Positions 1 to 15,800 of a DNA stretch of 64,000 nucleotides are shown here, in pieces. The number at the start of each line of letters is the position of its first letter. Position 1 is the stretch's first letter. The position numbers were made by a program, and so were the translations under genes. This DNA comes from the human T2T-CHM13v2.0 reference genome, Homo sapiens. The notes beneath the pieces are model-generated. The model was not told the origin of the DNA. It made no database searches and was given only the letters and a program-made list of their open reading frames with translations. The stretch lies in assembly GCF_009914755.1 (NCBI RefSeq), contig NC_060934.1; one strand, written 5' to 3'.

Positions 1-265
1 AGCTATGTTCTCTGACCAGCATAGAATTAAGAAAAAAAGTTAACATAAACAATTCTAAAACAAACCAAAACAGAAAAATCTCATGTGTTTTTCAGATTAA
101 CCAATTTGATTCTGAATAACCTGAGGATAATGGAAAAAAAGATTTGAATAAAATTATATTCAATTTTGAGCTAATGATAATGAAACTATTGACAAAATTA
201 TAAACTATATAGACATCCGTGATTTGAGAGAAACTTATCATTTAAATGCAAATATATTTTATACA

Positions 266-629
<364 letters not shown>

Positions 630-784
630 TTATTCAACAACAGCACATTAAAATAAACTAATTGAAATGATGAAATAATAAAGATAAGTTAGAAATGAAT
701 ATAGTAGGATCAAAGGTCAAAAATCAGTGTCATAAATTGATTTTTTGAAAAAAGCTAGGGAAATTGATAACCCCCTGGTAGGAC

Positions 785-1202
785 TGTATTAGGCCATTCT
801 TGCATTGCTATAAAGAAATACCTGAGACTGGGCAATTTGTAAAGAAAAGAGGTTTAATTGGCTCATGGTTCTGCAAGTTGTACAGGAAGCATGATGCTGG
901 CATCTGCTCCACCTCTGGGGAATTTACAATCATGGTGGAAGGTGAAGTGGGAGCCAGCACTTCACATGGCCAGAGTAGGAGGAAAAGAGGAGGTGGTGGA
1001 GGTGCTATACATTTTTAAACAATCAGATCGCACAATAACTCACCCACTATCACGAGAACAGCACCAAGGAGATGGTGATAAACCATTCATGAAGTATTCA
1101 CCTCCATGATCCAATCACCACCTCCCACCAGGCTCCACCTCCAAAAATGGGGAATACAATTCGACATGAGATTACAATTTGACACAAATCCAAACCGTAT
1201 CA
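785..1202 (-). mobile_element. MaLR solo LTR (MSTA-like)
   Basis: TG...CA termini, typical tgtattaggccattcttgcattgctataaagaaatacctgagactggg end, near-identical 5-bp flanks aggac/aagac. Confidence 0.85.
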
Positions 1203-1404
1203 AAGACCAATAAAGAAAAAAAAAATCATGTAGCAGAAACAACCAATCTCTGGAATAGGAAAGAACATTATAGTTTCTATAAACATCAAAATGATAATTA
1301 AAAGGATAATGAAAATTTCTTGTGAATACATTTGAAAATCAGATGAAATAATTTTGTGCACAACAATAGTATTTAAAATCTAGTATTTAAAATCTAATAA
1401 CTGG

Positions 1405-3500
1405 TTCTGATACCTGGTGGTGAGTTGCTGCCATAACAAATTCCTATAATATGTGTCACTGTTCTTGGTACCACATGACAGTCAGAAGATGGAATAGCTT
1501 TGTGGAGGCATCTGGAGGAAGTCTAGTGAGCCTGAACAAAGATGGCCATGAGAACACAGTGCAAAAACAATGTTATTGGAGGGTGGACAAAAGGATTCCC
1601 TTCCAGCGTAGTCTTGGAAAGATTATCACAACTGTTACAGGCAGTTGCATAAAAAACAGAGACTGTGACTAAATGAATGGATGGATCTGGCTAAGGAGAA
1701 TTCCAGGGAGAATGTGTCAACTTATTTTATTAAGGTTACAAGGACCATAAGGTCTGAATAGAAGAAAATCAAGTAATTAATTATTTTTTAAGTAGAATGC
1801 AGAGGAAATATAAAGGTGCCAGAAATTTGTGTTTTTAACAACAAAACTATTCTCCATGTCCTGTTGTTCCAGATGGCAAATGACTCATGCAAACATAAAT
1901 TTGAAGGTATTACAAGCGAAATATGGTCTTAGGGTAAAAATGAGGCTTTTGCTAAGACCTTAGAGAGATCCAAGATGTACCTAATGGAATCCTGAAAACA
2001 AATAAAAAGCCTTATAGAGATGTTACGGGCGTGACTCTAGAGTTGTAAGGACTTCTAACAATCTTAATGGCATTTTCCTTCAGTAGCCTCATTAGGATCC
2101 CAAGATAGAGAGGCACCCTATATCAAGGGAGTTTTGTTTAATCAACTGATTCTCCAGTAAAATTGATAGTAGACCCATAAAGACTTTTTTTTTTTTTTTT
2201 TTAGACGGAGTCTTGCTCTGTAGCCCAGGCTGGAGTGCAGTGGTGCAATCTTGGCTTACGGCAAGTTCTGCCTCCTGAGTTCATGCCATTCTCCTGCCTC
2301 AGCCTCCCGAGTACCTGGGACTACAGGCACTCGCTACCATGCCTGGCTAATTTTTTTTTTTTTAGTAGAGACGGGGTTTCACTGTGTTAGCCAGGATTGT
2401 CTCGATCTCCTGACCTCGTGATCTGCCCACCTTGGCCTCCCAAAGTGCTGAGATGACAGGCGTGAGCCACCGTGCCCGGCCATAAAGACCTTGTTGATCA
2501 TTTTGCTAGTGGAAACATCAAAAGCTTGAAATAAAAGAGACAGAGAGTGCAAAATGAAAAGAGCCTCTGGACCCCAAACCTTTGTGAGCAGGAAGTAGGC
2601 TAAAAGAACCAAATTATCACTTACGGAACAGAGGATAATTGTGAGAGGGTAGAATCAGAGGACAGATCAAGAACAACAGAGAGCAAAATCCCAGAGAATA
2701 AGAATGCTCTTTAGGAAAATGACTGGATTATTATTACAGAAACTGATATTTATCTGTCTAGATTTTAGATTATCTATGGACCAAAGATAACTAGATTCCT
2801 CCTACCTCACCCTCTTTTTGAATGGAAACTTCTACTGCAGCTTCTGTATTTCCACTTCCCACCATTATATGTTGAGCATGGAAGACATGTAATTTGGTCC
2901 TTTATTTCACAGATCTACTGATAGAAACTGGACAAGAACTATGCCTGAGGAACCTCAACTAAACCTGGACCTGATTTAGATGAAGAGATCCTGGACCTCA
3001 AAATTGAATTTTGTGCCATAATGGGCTGAGGTCTTTTGGAGGTTTTTAGATGGAGTGAGCATAATTTGGATGTGGAACGAATAGAAATAACTTGTGGTCA
3101 GAAGGTGAAAGGTTAAAAAAAATGGCTGCAAAAATTCAAGTAAAAATTTTTAAAAAATTGAAAGAAAGTTGGGTTACAGATTCCCTCACCTTGAATCTGA
3201 GTGAGTTTGTGATTATATTTTTACAATATGGTAGAAATGATGCTATGTAACATCTGAGGTGACACGTAAATAAGAAAGACAAAAATATGCAGTGTTCATA
3301 TTGTTCACTGGAACACCAAATGAGATGTGTGACTACCAGGAGGCCATCATGCTGTGAGTAAGCCCAAGACAAATGGAAAGGCAATGAGCAGACCATTTGG
3401 TCTATGGTCTCAGCTGACTCCAGCCTTTGCATCTCCCCAGCTAAGACACTAAATATGTTTGTGAAGGAGGTTCCAGATGATTCCAACTCTCATCTGTCAA
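1405..3500 (+). mobile_element. MaLR (MLT1-type) internal sequence followed by an LTR remnant
   Basis: Resembles MLT1-int (gttgctgccataacaaa...) and MLT1 LTR (ccctcaccttgaatctgag, ggaggccatcatgctgtgag). Boundaries approximate. Confidence 0.5.
2185..2481 (-). mobile_element. AluY-like
   Basis: Full dimer with T tail; flanking duplication ccataaagac. Confidence 0.93.
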
Positions 3501-3664
3501 GTTGAAACCAATTTCACAAAACTTCTATACTAAGATTTAATATTTTGAATTTTAAGTAACTGTTTACCTTTAAAAAAATTCTAATAAAATTTTGCCCCCA
3601 TATGAAATGAATGTATTTTTATCTATACAAACTGGCTTCTTCCCTTAGGATAATGGCCTCAGGA

Positions 3665-3935
3665 AGAGAAACCCATATACCATGTGTTCTCCCTTATAAG
3701 TGGGAGCTAAACATGGAGTACATATGACACAGAAGGGAACAATAGACACTGGCCCACTTGAGGTGGGAGGCTTGGCAGAAAGTGAAGATCATCAAATTAC
3801 CTATCAGGTTCTATGCTCACTGCCTGGGTGAAAAAATAATTTGTACACAGAATGCCAGCAACACATAATTTACCCATGTAACAAACCTGCACATGTACCT
3901 CTTGAACCTGAAAAATAAAAGTTGGTAGGGAAAAA
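3665..3935 (+). mobile_element. L1 3' end fragment (L1PA13-16/L1PB-like)
   Basis: ataagtgggagctaaac ... gtaacaaacctgcacatgtacc ... aataaaag. Confidence 0.8.
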
Positions 3936-3936
3936 A

Positions 3937-4045
3937 ATAACATAACAAACCTAATTTAACATAACATAACATAAAACATAACATATAACATAGACATAAC
4001 ATAAAAAACAATATAACAACATAACATAATAACAACATAACACAA
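3937..4045. repeat. (ATAAC)n degenerate microsatellite, probably from the L1 A tail
   Basis: Direct reading. Confidence 0.85.
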
Positions 4046-4657
4046 CGTTTTAAAAAAGAAACTGGCATCTATCTAGTTGTGCTTATAAATTTTCTTTTAT
4101 TTTTATTTATTTTGGCTAAAACTGTTTAACAATTTTGAATGGCCATCTTATTTTTGAACAGTAGATTGAGTCCTAGACTTTTATATTGCTTCTTATATTG
4201 TAAAGAATCTGAAATAGTTTTTGAGACAAAGCAGCTCCAAGAAAACCTGTCTCTGGCCTACATTTTTATCCCACTTCATGGAAAGATAAGGTAATCCCAA
4301 GAAAAAGCAGATATACACCATTCGGGCCCAATAAATAGTCTTAAACATATCTAGCCCAAATTTCAGATTTATCATAATGGATTTGACGAGAAAGAAGGAG
4401 CTAGTACAAAGTCGACACATACTTCCTTTGTACCACATTCCTTGTCATTTATATGTGTCTGATTCCATTCCTGTTAATGATAAGCAGCTAACTATGATAG
4501 TCTACGAGCGCAGGATCTTTACCTTATTAAATGCTGTATTCTCAGAGACTAAGTGCGCAGCGCATGGTTTATTGATGAATACTCAAAACATTTATTTATA
4601 TTTGAATATAATTCCATCATGACTCGTAAACATTTTTTACGTAATATTTTTCAACAA

Positions 4658-4721
4658 TTTTTACATAAATAATACTTGGCAAGTATTTTAATATTTTTTA
4701 CATAAATAATACTTGGCAAGT
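4658..4721. repeat. 27-bp direct repeat, two copies
   Basis: tttttacataaataatacttggcaagt at 4658-4684 and 4695-4721. Confidence 0.85.
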
Positions 4722-6692
4722 CACTTTAATGCTTCTGTGTCATTTCCTTATTTGAAACCAAAAAAAGTGTTCAACATTTACCTAAGTTTCTTTTTAGTTT
4801 TCATATGTAATTATTCGGAGATTTTTTTCAACTAGATCCTGAGATACAGTAATTCTGTATGTAACCGATAAGAGAAGAACATAATATTTATGTTTATATG
4901 ATGTTTTACTCTAGGAAAAAATAGGCGGAAACCAAAAATGTGCGTTTTCAGCAGGAATCAATTGTTCAAATGTAGCTAGTTCTCTGACAGTTACTTGAGA
5001 AACTCTGAATGTTACATTTATTGTTCAGCTTATTTACCACCATATCTAAGGCCCTATAGTCGGATTAACCAAAATCAGTTTTTGCTATTATATGAACTTC
5101 TTCATCTGCCCTTCCTTTTCCTGATGCATTTTTGTTTAGTTTTACCCAGTAAATCCTACTTCCTTGCCCAGGCTGGCATGTTTTCACACTTAACACTGTA
5201 TGCCCTGTTACCCTTATCAAAATTCCTATCCTGTTATTGGGCATTAGGGGGAACTTAGCTTTGGTTAAAAGTAAGTACTGTGTTACTGGAAGCTCTACCT
5301 TCATCTACTAATGTGCAGTTCTAAAATGATTAACAGATAATGCAATGAGATTCAGAATTAGATGGTGAGAAATGTGAAGATCCTCAAGCATAAAAAAGTT
5401 TTGAAAAATTTAAGATGTTTTTCCCCTTAGATCCTGTAAATGGGTTTAATGTTGACTAACTGTTAAGGCCCACTACCCACTCTAGCTTTACCTCATATTA
5501 TTTTTTCTCAGGGGAAAATAAAAAGCCTTTCGCTCTTCTCCCTGTGCCAAAGTCTGTCCAACCCTTTAAACATTGTAAGGCATAACATAAATTACTGTAG
5601 AAGTGGGCACAAGGACAGTATATAGAGAAAACTGGGTTTCTCTCAACTTCATGTCATTTGATAAGGGTTCAGTAATTTTCTTGTGACATTTGACTGGCAT
5701 TTAATATTGGAGAAGGACAGACTTTCATTTCCATTTTACATTTAATACTGTTGTTTACAGAGAAGTTTGTAATAATAAATATATAATGCAAATTAGGCTA
5801 GTACGTTTTTTGTCCAGAGGTTTTACACAAATGCTGTCTTCTAAGTGAAATATGTTTTAAAACAAGTAGATGGAATAAAAATTAACCACTAAGTCATATA
5901 CTGAAATAAAGTAACTTGTGTTGTTTTGCTTCATACAAAATATTATATAGCTGTTTTTTAACACTCACTGGAAATGACTAGAAATGTCATCTGAAGAATA
6001 CAATATCTCTTCTTCTAATTTTTGTAATGAGCTTATCATTTATTTGGTCATTTATTCAGCAAAATATTTTGATATTCCACTGTGCCTGCAAGATGAATAT
6101 GACAAAATTCATCCACTGGAAGAGCTCTCAGCTTGATGGCAGAAGATAAATACATAAATGAATAATCATAAAATAAAATGATACACAGACTCATAGACTC
6201 AGAAGGAAATACAAGAGAAAGATTCTCAGTAGTGATGACACTTTGAAGAATTAGTAGACACTAAGGGGAAAAGACACTTTCCTAAAGTGGAGAAACATAA
6301 ACAAGCACACTTATCAAACCTCTCAAACATTCTGCTGTTCTTTTAAGATGAACGGCCTAATATAAAAGTGCAGGTGAGAGGCGACTTGGAGGAATGGAAA
6401 CTCACATCAACACTGGAAACTGAAGGAAATAGCAATCTCCCAGAAATTTTGTCTAATTTTTCCATGATACAGTGTGGGAAGAAATCTCTCAGAGTGGACT
6501 ACAAGACAGCGGGATATATCTACATACAGACAATTGCAGAGGACAAAAAATACTCAACTCAGATGCTCCAGCTGTAGGGATGATAAAGTTGTGTTGTCTA
6601 CCAACTTCTCCCTATGCCATTGGGTAGCTAAAGACATTGTTAAAGAAAAGACAAAAAAGGGACTTACAACTATTTCATTTTTAAGCATTTCT

Positions 6693-6757
6693 CATTGTGT
6701 AATGGAAAGCCTGTGTATAATAGACATTGTGTAATGAAAAGCCTGGTGTATAATAGA
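6693..6757. repeat. About 32-bp tandem duplication
   Basis: cattgtgtaatg(g/a)aaagcct(g)gtgtataataga twice. Confidence 0.85.
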
Positions 6758-7884
6758 TGATAATAGACTAATAAATGTGTACTGTTAATCTCCCAATTTG
6801 TAGCCTGATTGTCCAGCTTGAAATAAAAAAGATCAAGTTTACTTCGCCATTGAGTCCATAGGAGACATATAAACTTCAAGCTTGTCAGCAGATCTAGGAA
6901 TTACCACTTTTCCTTCCCTGGGCTTATTTCTGCCAGCTTATGTGTGAATGCATAATCCAACACTGCGAATCCCAATTGCCATAAAGCAATTTATAAAATT
7001 GCTTCATCGAAGATTTATATGTTGATTGCCATAATCCTACTTGATGGTGTGTGAAAAGATATACCTAACAAGTCTCTTAAAGACATGTAAGTGCCCAAAT
7101 GCAAAAGGAATAGATAAAATGTAGACAGTAGCTTTATTTACATTTCATGAGGCCAACCTTGTCATAACTAACCTCTGTAAAGTAGGCTGTCCTTTCCCAG
7201 GCAGTCTAGGTGTTGTTAGGGGTTGTTCTTACATCTTACACCTTAAAAATCTCTGAATCAGAATGCCCGTTAATGAGCTACAGGCACTCAGTGCTAACAT
7301 ACATGCTAGCTACAAGGCCTAATGTTACCGACACTCTTATTGGATGAGTAGGGTTCTCATGAGATTTTAATTTCTATAACATTTAGAAGGAAAACATGAC
7401 AATGAAAAAATGTTAAAAAATAATATGAGGAAGATAATAAATATAAAACCATTACTCATTTGAAAGTTCAATTCATTGACCAATATTATTATTATTTTCA
7501 AGATGGTTAATAGCAATTTGAAATGTTAGTTTTAACTGATGAATGAGCATCAATTCAAAGACTTACAGAAATTTATTGAAGTGGGTACAATAAAACTTTT
7601 CTACAGACTATATTTACATATATTATTAATAAATACCCAATGTATTTTTATTATTTTCCTTATCAGCTTAAAAGTCTGGCACCCAACAATGACCAAAGTA
7701 TATAGTACTGGGCCTGTGCATAATGAATCCCTAGCTGAAAATCCATTTAGAGCAGGAGTTGCACCGATATTACAAAGTGCCTGGAATGCAGACTCTCCTA
7801 TCATATACCTATGAGGTCTCTTTGAAAGATATTCCTTCCCCACGCTGGCCCAAGGCCACATATCTCTATCTCTATTAGCAAAAT

Positions 7885-8075
7885 GAGTCAGAACATGTGC
7901 TTCTAAATCCCTGCTTCACCTCTTAGCAGATATGTAATATTGCATGAGGAACATACCCTTCTGTGCCTCTCTTAACACACATTTGTAAAACAGAAATAAC
8001 AAAGATAGCATTTTCCTAGAGTTGTAAAGATCGTATAATTTAATGTACTATGACTGTCAACTTATACGTCCAATA
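7885..8075 (+). mobile_element. MIR remnant
   Basis: gagtcaga...ttctaaatcc...ctgtgcctc...tgtaaaac pattern. Confidence 0.55.
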
Positions 8076-8084
8076 AGTGATAAC

Positions 8085-8381
8085 TTTTTTTTTTTTTTTG
8101 AGACTGAGTCTCACTTTGTCGCCCAGGCTGGAGTGCAGTGGCGCGATCTCGGATCACCGCAAGCTCCGCCTCCCGAGTTCACCGCCGTTCTCCTGCCTCA
8201 GCCTCCTGAGTAGCTGGGACTACAGGCGCCCGCCACCAAGCCAGGCTAAATTTTTTTTTTTCCCAGTAGAGACGGGGTTTCACCTGTTAGCCAGGATGGT
8301 CTCGATCTCCTGATCTCATGATCCGCCTGCCTCGGCCTCCCAAAGTGCTGGGATTATAGGTGTGAGCCACCGCGCCCGACC
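8085..8381 (-). mobile_element. AluY-like
   Basis: CpG-rich full dimer; TSD agtgata(a/g)ct. Confidence 0.94.
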
Positions 8382-10948
8382 AGTGATAGCTATTGTTATG
8401 AGTGGTGAGTTAGCCTACTGAAGAACCAAAACTATAATTAACATTGAAGCAGTAGAACTTGGGGGTCAGAATGGAAAAGAAAGGCAGGACCTGCAACACT
8501 CATGGACAAATAACAAAAAAGACCAGTAAGGGGAGGTACTATTCCAGAATGTTTCAAAAGGTAGGTTATGCGTGTCGAGTACTCTTGAGTGGAGAGGGAA
8601 TAAATAAGAGAAGCCATTGGAACAGGGTAATCATGGAAGAGATGATGTACTGTAATAGATGTGGGTAGATCAATACATTGCTGAAAACTAATAAATATGC
8701 TATCAGACTTCAGAATTTTGCTGGAATCTCTACCCATGTATTCTGTTTAAAGGTGTGGTATCCACGAAGCCACCTGAATAACCACCTTGCTGCCATAAGT
8801 GAGATGGTTCTAAGTACCACTTTCAAAGACTCACCTCTTCCCCATCAAATACTTAGCAAATATTTACAAAAGAAAAAAAAAAGGAATGTTTTAAAGCTAC
8901 AGTATTTACTGTTACAAGTGAGTTCATCATCAGCTGTGAGTCTGTTCTTGTCAAGACAATAATGGGTATGGCTCAGAGGTTAGTGTGATTCTTTGTGTGA
9001 GAGAAGGATCATTCAAAAATCAATTGATTATTTTTAGTAAAATATATGTTCAATTGCATTATTCTCAGCAAAGAAAGCTCGGCACTTGATCAAATACCCA
9101 TCATATTTTTGGCACTTTACCTGTAAATCTATCTTCCCGCACCACCTAAGTGATGTATCTCAGTTGGTAAATAAGCATGTTATTCAAGTTAATTGGATTT
9201 TGGGGTGCGATTGGTGAGGGTGGAAAGTATCCTAATTTTAAAAATATCTATGAAAGTGAATAAAAATAGCAGGTCAATTCCTTAAAATGAAACAATAGGT
9301 AGAAAGAGAAAAAAAAAAACTAGCAGAATGTGGTTTTGAAGTTTTCACAGAAAAAGCTCTTCAGCTCTTTGTCACACCAACTCAACATTCACAATTTTAT
9401 ATGTTTTTTGAAAGTACATTTTTTTTAATGGGGAGGGAATTACTGTGATTATTAGGGACATTTATATAAGAATTTTGTTTAGGGTACATAAGTCCAAGGG
9501 GATAACTAACAATGTGAGATCCAGTAATATATTTGGAAATAGAATAGGAATGCAAAAACAGACAACAAACGTAGCAAACTTCACACAGATGACAATATTG
9601 AAAGGCACCTTGAAGTTAGTCAGAAGCTTCTATATGAATATCAGAGTCGAGCCAGAAAAGCCTCTTAACTCCAAATTTATCTTTACATCATTTCAGTTAT
9701 TTGTTTTCAGAAAACGTCCAATGTGTATAAACTGAATCTATTTTGTGAAATCCTATCATCAACATTTTTAAGTGCAGATTCCTCTCTTTAGTGTTTGTGG
9801 TTTCATTCTCTGAGTTCCTAGCACAAAATCATGTGTGCCTGATTGCTTTATAACTGGCAGACCCTCTAGATTTACCAGCCCTCTAGCTGTCCTGCAACCT
9901 CCAGCCCCCACGACCTAGTGAACTGCACTTTCTTCTGAAGAGTGGAATTCATAATCTTTTCCTTCCACCCACACCAGAAAGGACACAAAACTGTATATAG
10001 TCTCTATTTTAATCGAAGTGGAGCTTTCAAATGAAAGAATAACATCATGTCCATTTATCTCTTCATTTGAATGTCCTCATTCTGGCATTATAGAGGTGAA
10101 AACTTTGACATCAGAAAAGCCTTTAGACATGTGCAAGGTGGGAAGTCTACTTTGACATGCTCCCTTCAAAATGTCCTGTCTCCCTCTGGCACCAAGAAGT
10201 AGCAGGGCCATTCTGGCATGAAACCCTGAGTCTGGACCAGAACCCACAGGAACGGAGATCCCATTTCTCTCTTTCAGGGAACACTCGAGTCTATCCTACC
10301 ACTATATGGGGTTGACCAGATGCCCCCAAAAACTCTAGAATGCAGTGCACACCCATGACAGATTTTTCCCATGGGCCAGCATCACATTGCTTTTGAAGAA
10401 TCTCAGGATATTAGGTATATAGAATATATACCAACAGACTAATTAAAGTGAGTGACCAAAGACTTATGTGAGTGATTCCAATTATTTACGTAGATAAGAG
10501 CGCCAAAATAAATACGTTCTTGAAGCACCACCACACAACCTAGGGAAGGCTCTGCTTGAGATAACATAGACCTAATTCCTTTTTTTTTTTAATCTAATAA
10601 ACTATGGCCTGAGGAAATAAACATACCCCTCAAGGTCATGGAGCAAATGTAGAAATATAGAGCCTGGAATAAGACTATAGGCTCTCAACAAAAGTTGGTA
10701 TTCTTCCCAGTAAGCCACACTGAAGCATTGTTGTGTCTCTCACTATTGTAGATATTAAAGTCATATCTCTAAAAGGATATTTCAGATGTATTATGAATCT
10801 AATTTTTATGACTAAAATAAAATTTAGGAGAATATTTGTTTGACTTTGGGATAAGGGAAACCTTCTGAAGCAAAGACAAAAAATTAAGAGGAAATAAATA
10901 TGTTTAAAAATTATGCCTTTTACAATTGCATGGTCAAAGGGTTCATAA

Positions 10949-11338
<390 letters not shown>

Positions 11339-11487
11339 AAAATATGTTTTTAATAATAGAACAAAGAAACCTAACATAAATTAGGCAAAGTATATAAATA
11401 GAAAAATTACAGATGCAAATAGCTAGTGAGGACATGAAAAAAAATGCTCAACCTCATTAATAAACAAGGAAATATAAAACTAAAACC

Positions 11488-11790
11488 GGCTGGGCGCGGT
11501 GGCTCACACCTGTAATCCCAGCACTTTGAGAGGCCGAGGCGGGCGGATCATGAGGTCAAGAGATCAGGACCATCCTGGCTAACATGGTGAAACCCGTCTC
11601 TACTAAAAATACAAAAAAATTAGCCGGGTGTGGTGGCGGGCGCCTGTAGTCCCAGCTACTTGGGAAGCTGAGGCAGGAGAACGGCGTGAACCTGGGAGGC
11701 AGAGCTTGGCATCTCAGTGGAGCTGAGATCACGCCACTGCACTCCAGCCTGGGCGACAGACCAAGACTCCGTCTCAGAACAAACAAACAA
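11488..11790 (+). mobile_element. AluY-like
   Basis: Full dimer; TSD taaaactaaaacc at 11475-11487 and 11791-11803. Confidence 0.93.
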
Positions 11791-12899
11791 TAAAACTAAA
11801 ACCATAAGATATTTTCATTTTCTCCTATTATACTAACAAAACTTTAAGAATTTTGATAATATTAAAGTTTTGGAGGATATGGGGAATTAGAATATTCAGA
11901 CACTGCTGATGAGTACGGGGGGATGAGCTAACTAAATAAATTAGTAAAGTTGCTGCGAGAATAAATATAAAATCATTTCTATTTTGTTATAGGAAAGAAA
12001 ACCAAGCTTCCAAAAACAAAAGAGTTGTTTACTTATGCAAACATATAAATGCAAATACTCAAAAACAGTAAAAATGTTAGCATTGAATCAAAGCATCTTC
12101 TATCATGAATACAATTTCTTTCCTAATCTTATTTTATTGTTACTTTTGCTAGTGTGGGAATGTTGTTTTCTTTTTAGTTAGGCTGCCCTGAGATTTTTGT
12201 GCAAAATATGAATTTGTGTCAATTATTTATGTTTTTTCTAAGTTATTTTTTATGACTTAAATGTCCCTGATGGTATGTTTAGCACCTTTTAAATTAGTCA
12301 TGCTACCTATTTTATTAAAGGCCAGGTTTTTCTCTCTTCCAGATCATTAATTAGAATATTAAATATGTTCATTTCCAGAGCAATGCTCCCTGAGGCACCC
12401 ATTAGCACCTTTGTTCTATGAAAGTAGAATTATAATGAATAAAATTATAAACAATAGGCCCAATTTTATTTTCTATTCAGGAGAAAAATGACAAAAATTT
12501 AAAAATCTAGATAATTCTGTCTGCTCACTATGTTTACCATAAATTATACATACATAATTATATATAACATTGAGGGGGAAATTTGATAGCTAAACTATCA
12601 TCACATAAAGGATTCTCAAAAAACTTAGGCCTTATTTTTAAGCTACATTACAATTTGTTGGCTAGGTCAATTTTTTCAGTGATATTAACATATTTAAGCT
12701 TCTTTGATTATCAAAAACAATATCAACTGTTGTAGAAATTTGAAAAGTTACTAAATATAGAAATAGCAAATGAAAAGTGAAACTACTGCAAACCTATGCA
12801 GAAAATTATTAAGTTCCTGTAAAAATGATTACTACTTGGTTGAAAAAGCATTTAGTAGAAATACTTCACTATTAATTACTTTTCAACACAATCCACATA

Positions 12900-15800
12900 G
12901 CACACCTGATATTCATCTTTGGGTGGCATAGCATTTTAAAACAAAGATATCAGAATCAAGTTTGACCTCATGCTGGTGCCATGATAATCCTATTATTATA
13001 TACTTCAAGGGATCAGAATAAGGTGGAATTGACTAGTAAAAGGTCAAGAAAACTCCAACAAATATAATAGCAGATGAAATTTATAATACAATAGCAGATA
13101 TGTTAAATGCATCACAGTATATAATAGACACTACTCCTAGAGGTGAGACAGAACACCCAAGGAAGACCCCCCCTCCTCAGTCCTGAGATCCAGGTCATGT
13201 TGGGTAAGGCAGGATCTTGGCTCCCTAATGACGAAGAACACATATGATGGCACATTGTCAATACCTGCTAGAGATTTGCGATCTGAAACTCGCTGTTTAA
13301 TCTTCCCTCTAGGGGGCGCTGGCAAAAGCTATTCACAAGGAGGCGTCTCATTGGAAGCACTCTGTTTTAAAATAAGTTTAGAGGGGACACTGGAGGAATG
13401 CAAGGTCCTGATGACTGTTTTCTTGGGCCATTTCCAAGGGTTGGGGTGCAGGGAACAATTTTGAGGGATGTTCAGGAACTTTGGAGGATTTCCTTTCTCA
13501 ATAATATATTCCTGTGCCTTCCTAGTGTGTTCTTGGCTGAAAACAAAAACCAAGGATTATGCCACTCCACTGGCCATTCTAATTAATCTGACTGACAGAG
13601 GCTAGGACTAAATATTTCTGATAGCATTTAATTAAGGCTACTCTCAACTGAATTCCATCCATCATGATGAGGCCAACCTGTAGTTTTGCCTGCAATTACG
13701 CGCCACCCGCAAGGAAGCTAGACTTAGCCAACTGTGAATAAATTTCAGAAGGGATCAGGAGGTCTCATCTTAGATAGCAAAGACATCGTTTAAACCCAGA
13801 CTATATCAATCGTGACCTGTGCAAAGAAATTTAGGTTAACCTGCCAAACTTTGGTGTCACTGACAACAATTAAGAGGACAATAAATGGGCCACAAAGAAT
13901 CCCTGTTTAAGGGAGTGATTCTGTGGCTGCCAATTGACCCACATAGAAACACAGAACAAAAAGGAGCACAAGTAACTGGGATTTGTTGCAAAATGTGATT
14001 TGGACCACCATCACACTGGATTGGTGAAAAAACATAGGCAGTATCACCAGGAGGTTGCAGACTTCACTGTCAGTTATTGTTTTAGGAAGAGCAGAAAAAT
14101 TTAAGACCAGCTATGTTCACACACAATTTTCTGTTTTTGTGGCACATGGACAGACTACAATCCCAGCAGCAAGTCACACTGGCAGATGGAGTTGCAGTTT
14201 GATTAGGCAGTGATGTCCATCCCAGTCCCCTTTTAACCCCTTGGATCTAATCTCAGGTACTAAAGTTGTTGCTCTCCCTGCACCATCACAAAATTGGTGT
14301 GTTCCTTTTTAGTACCGATAATTTCACTTTTCCTCTAGTTACCTCCTATTTGCACCGAGATTTTTCATCTGAAAGAGTCAGGAACAAGAAGGACAAGAGC
14401 ATTTTTAATCCATATGAATGAATTAGAACTAAATTAGAATCTTCCAGGCTTCTTTTGTTCATGCTGCCATGCAAAATGTATAAAACCAAGCTGGCCTGAG
14501 GTTGACAATCCAAGAATTGTCAACACAAAATTCCAAAATTTAAAATAGATTTATGTGTCCCCTACCACAGCTCTTTTGTTCTATTTTTCAGAAAACAGCC
14601 AAGAGATGTTGATACTTTTTAGGGAGGACAGCCATATTTAGTGACCAAACTATCTTATTAAAATATATGAACCAAGAGGAGATGAAAGAGGTAGAATTAG
14701 AAATATTTTTGAGTTGACTTTTCATGAGGTTATCCCAATGCTCAGCAATTCCAGATGTCTGTAGGTGACATGCACCATGCACTGTGGCCTCCTTTACCAT
14801 GAGACAAATGGAGTAACTCTGGACAGGAGTCAGGTATAACATGTGTCTGTATCAGGAGTGCAACTTCTCAGAAAATGAATCATACCATGAGGATCTTACA
14901 TTAGTTGGCCAGGCAATCTGATCAGTGGTACCATTGCTTCCACAATTTGGGGCCCCACAGAGGGATGTCTTTTACCTTCTAGCCTATAATCTTCCTGCTG
15001 AAAAGTCAGCAAAAATAGTATAACCAGTCTTGTAAAGGAGAGCATTGGCTAGAGCTATGAGCGTGAAATTAAGTTCTGCCCACTGAATTGAGTGCTTACC
15101 TTAATTTTCAATTCTGCATAGCTGTCACTGAATGTGGACAGTACACCAGCCCAGTGGACAAAATTGGGTTTTTAACTCAGCCAAACTTCAGTAAACCATG
15201 TCTGTCCACATATTTAGGGGAATCTATGTGAACTGAGGGCTTAACACAGCCAGGGGCTTCATTTCCTGTGGGAGAAGGAGATAAGATTTCCCACAAGGAG
15301 GTAGTTGACACTCCTTTGTGTAAAACTAAGATGGCACTAGGACCTTGTAATTGGGTATACCATGTTCACTTGACTAAGCAAGGCCGACTGGGCCATTTCT
15401 TTGCTAGTCATCAATTCTGTGTGGAGATATTAAGACAGAAAGCAACAAGGCATTTGCAAGGCAGGTGAAAGAAAGAAGAAAGAAAGGAAGGTAGGAAGGA
15501 AGGAAGGGAGAAAGAGAGAAAGGAAGGAAGGAGGGAAGGAAGGAAGGAGAAGAAAGAGAAAGAGGAAGAAGAAAGAAAGGAAAAGGAAGAAAGAAAGAAA
15601 ATGAAAGAGAAAGAAGGAAGGAAGAAAAGGAAGGAAAGAAGAAAGGGAGGAAGGAAGGAAATGGACAGATAACACATCGTACCTACATCAGGCTGGCAGC
15701 ACTGCTGTAACTGAAAAATAACCTTTGAAAACTCAGGAGCTACCAAGTCTTCAATAAAAGTTGTTCTTTCCTTTTTCTTGTGGGATTCTCTATTGTTTTG

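Noticed and set aside
3937-4045. Regularly spaced short repeats as a CRISPR-like array
   Set aside because: Simple microsatellite without unique spacers in a mammalian genome. No CRISPR, tRNA or rRNA was found in the window.
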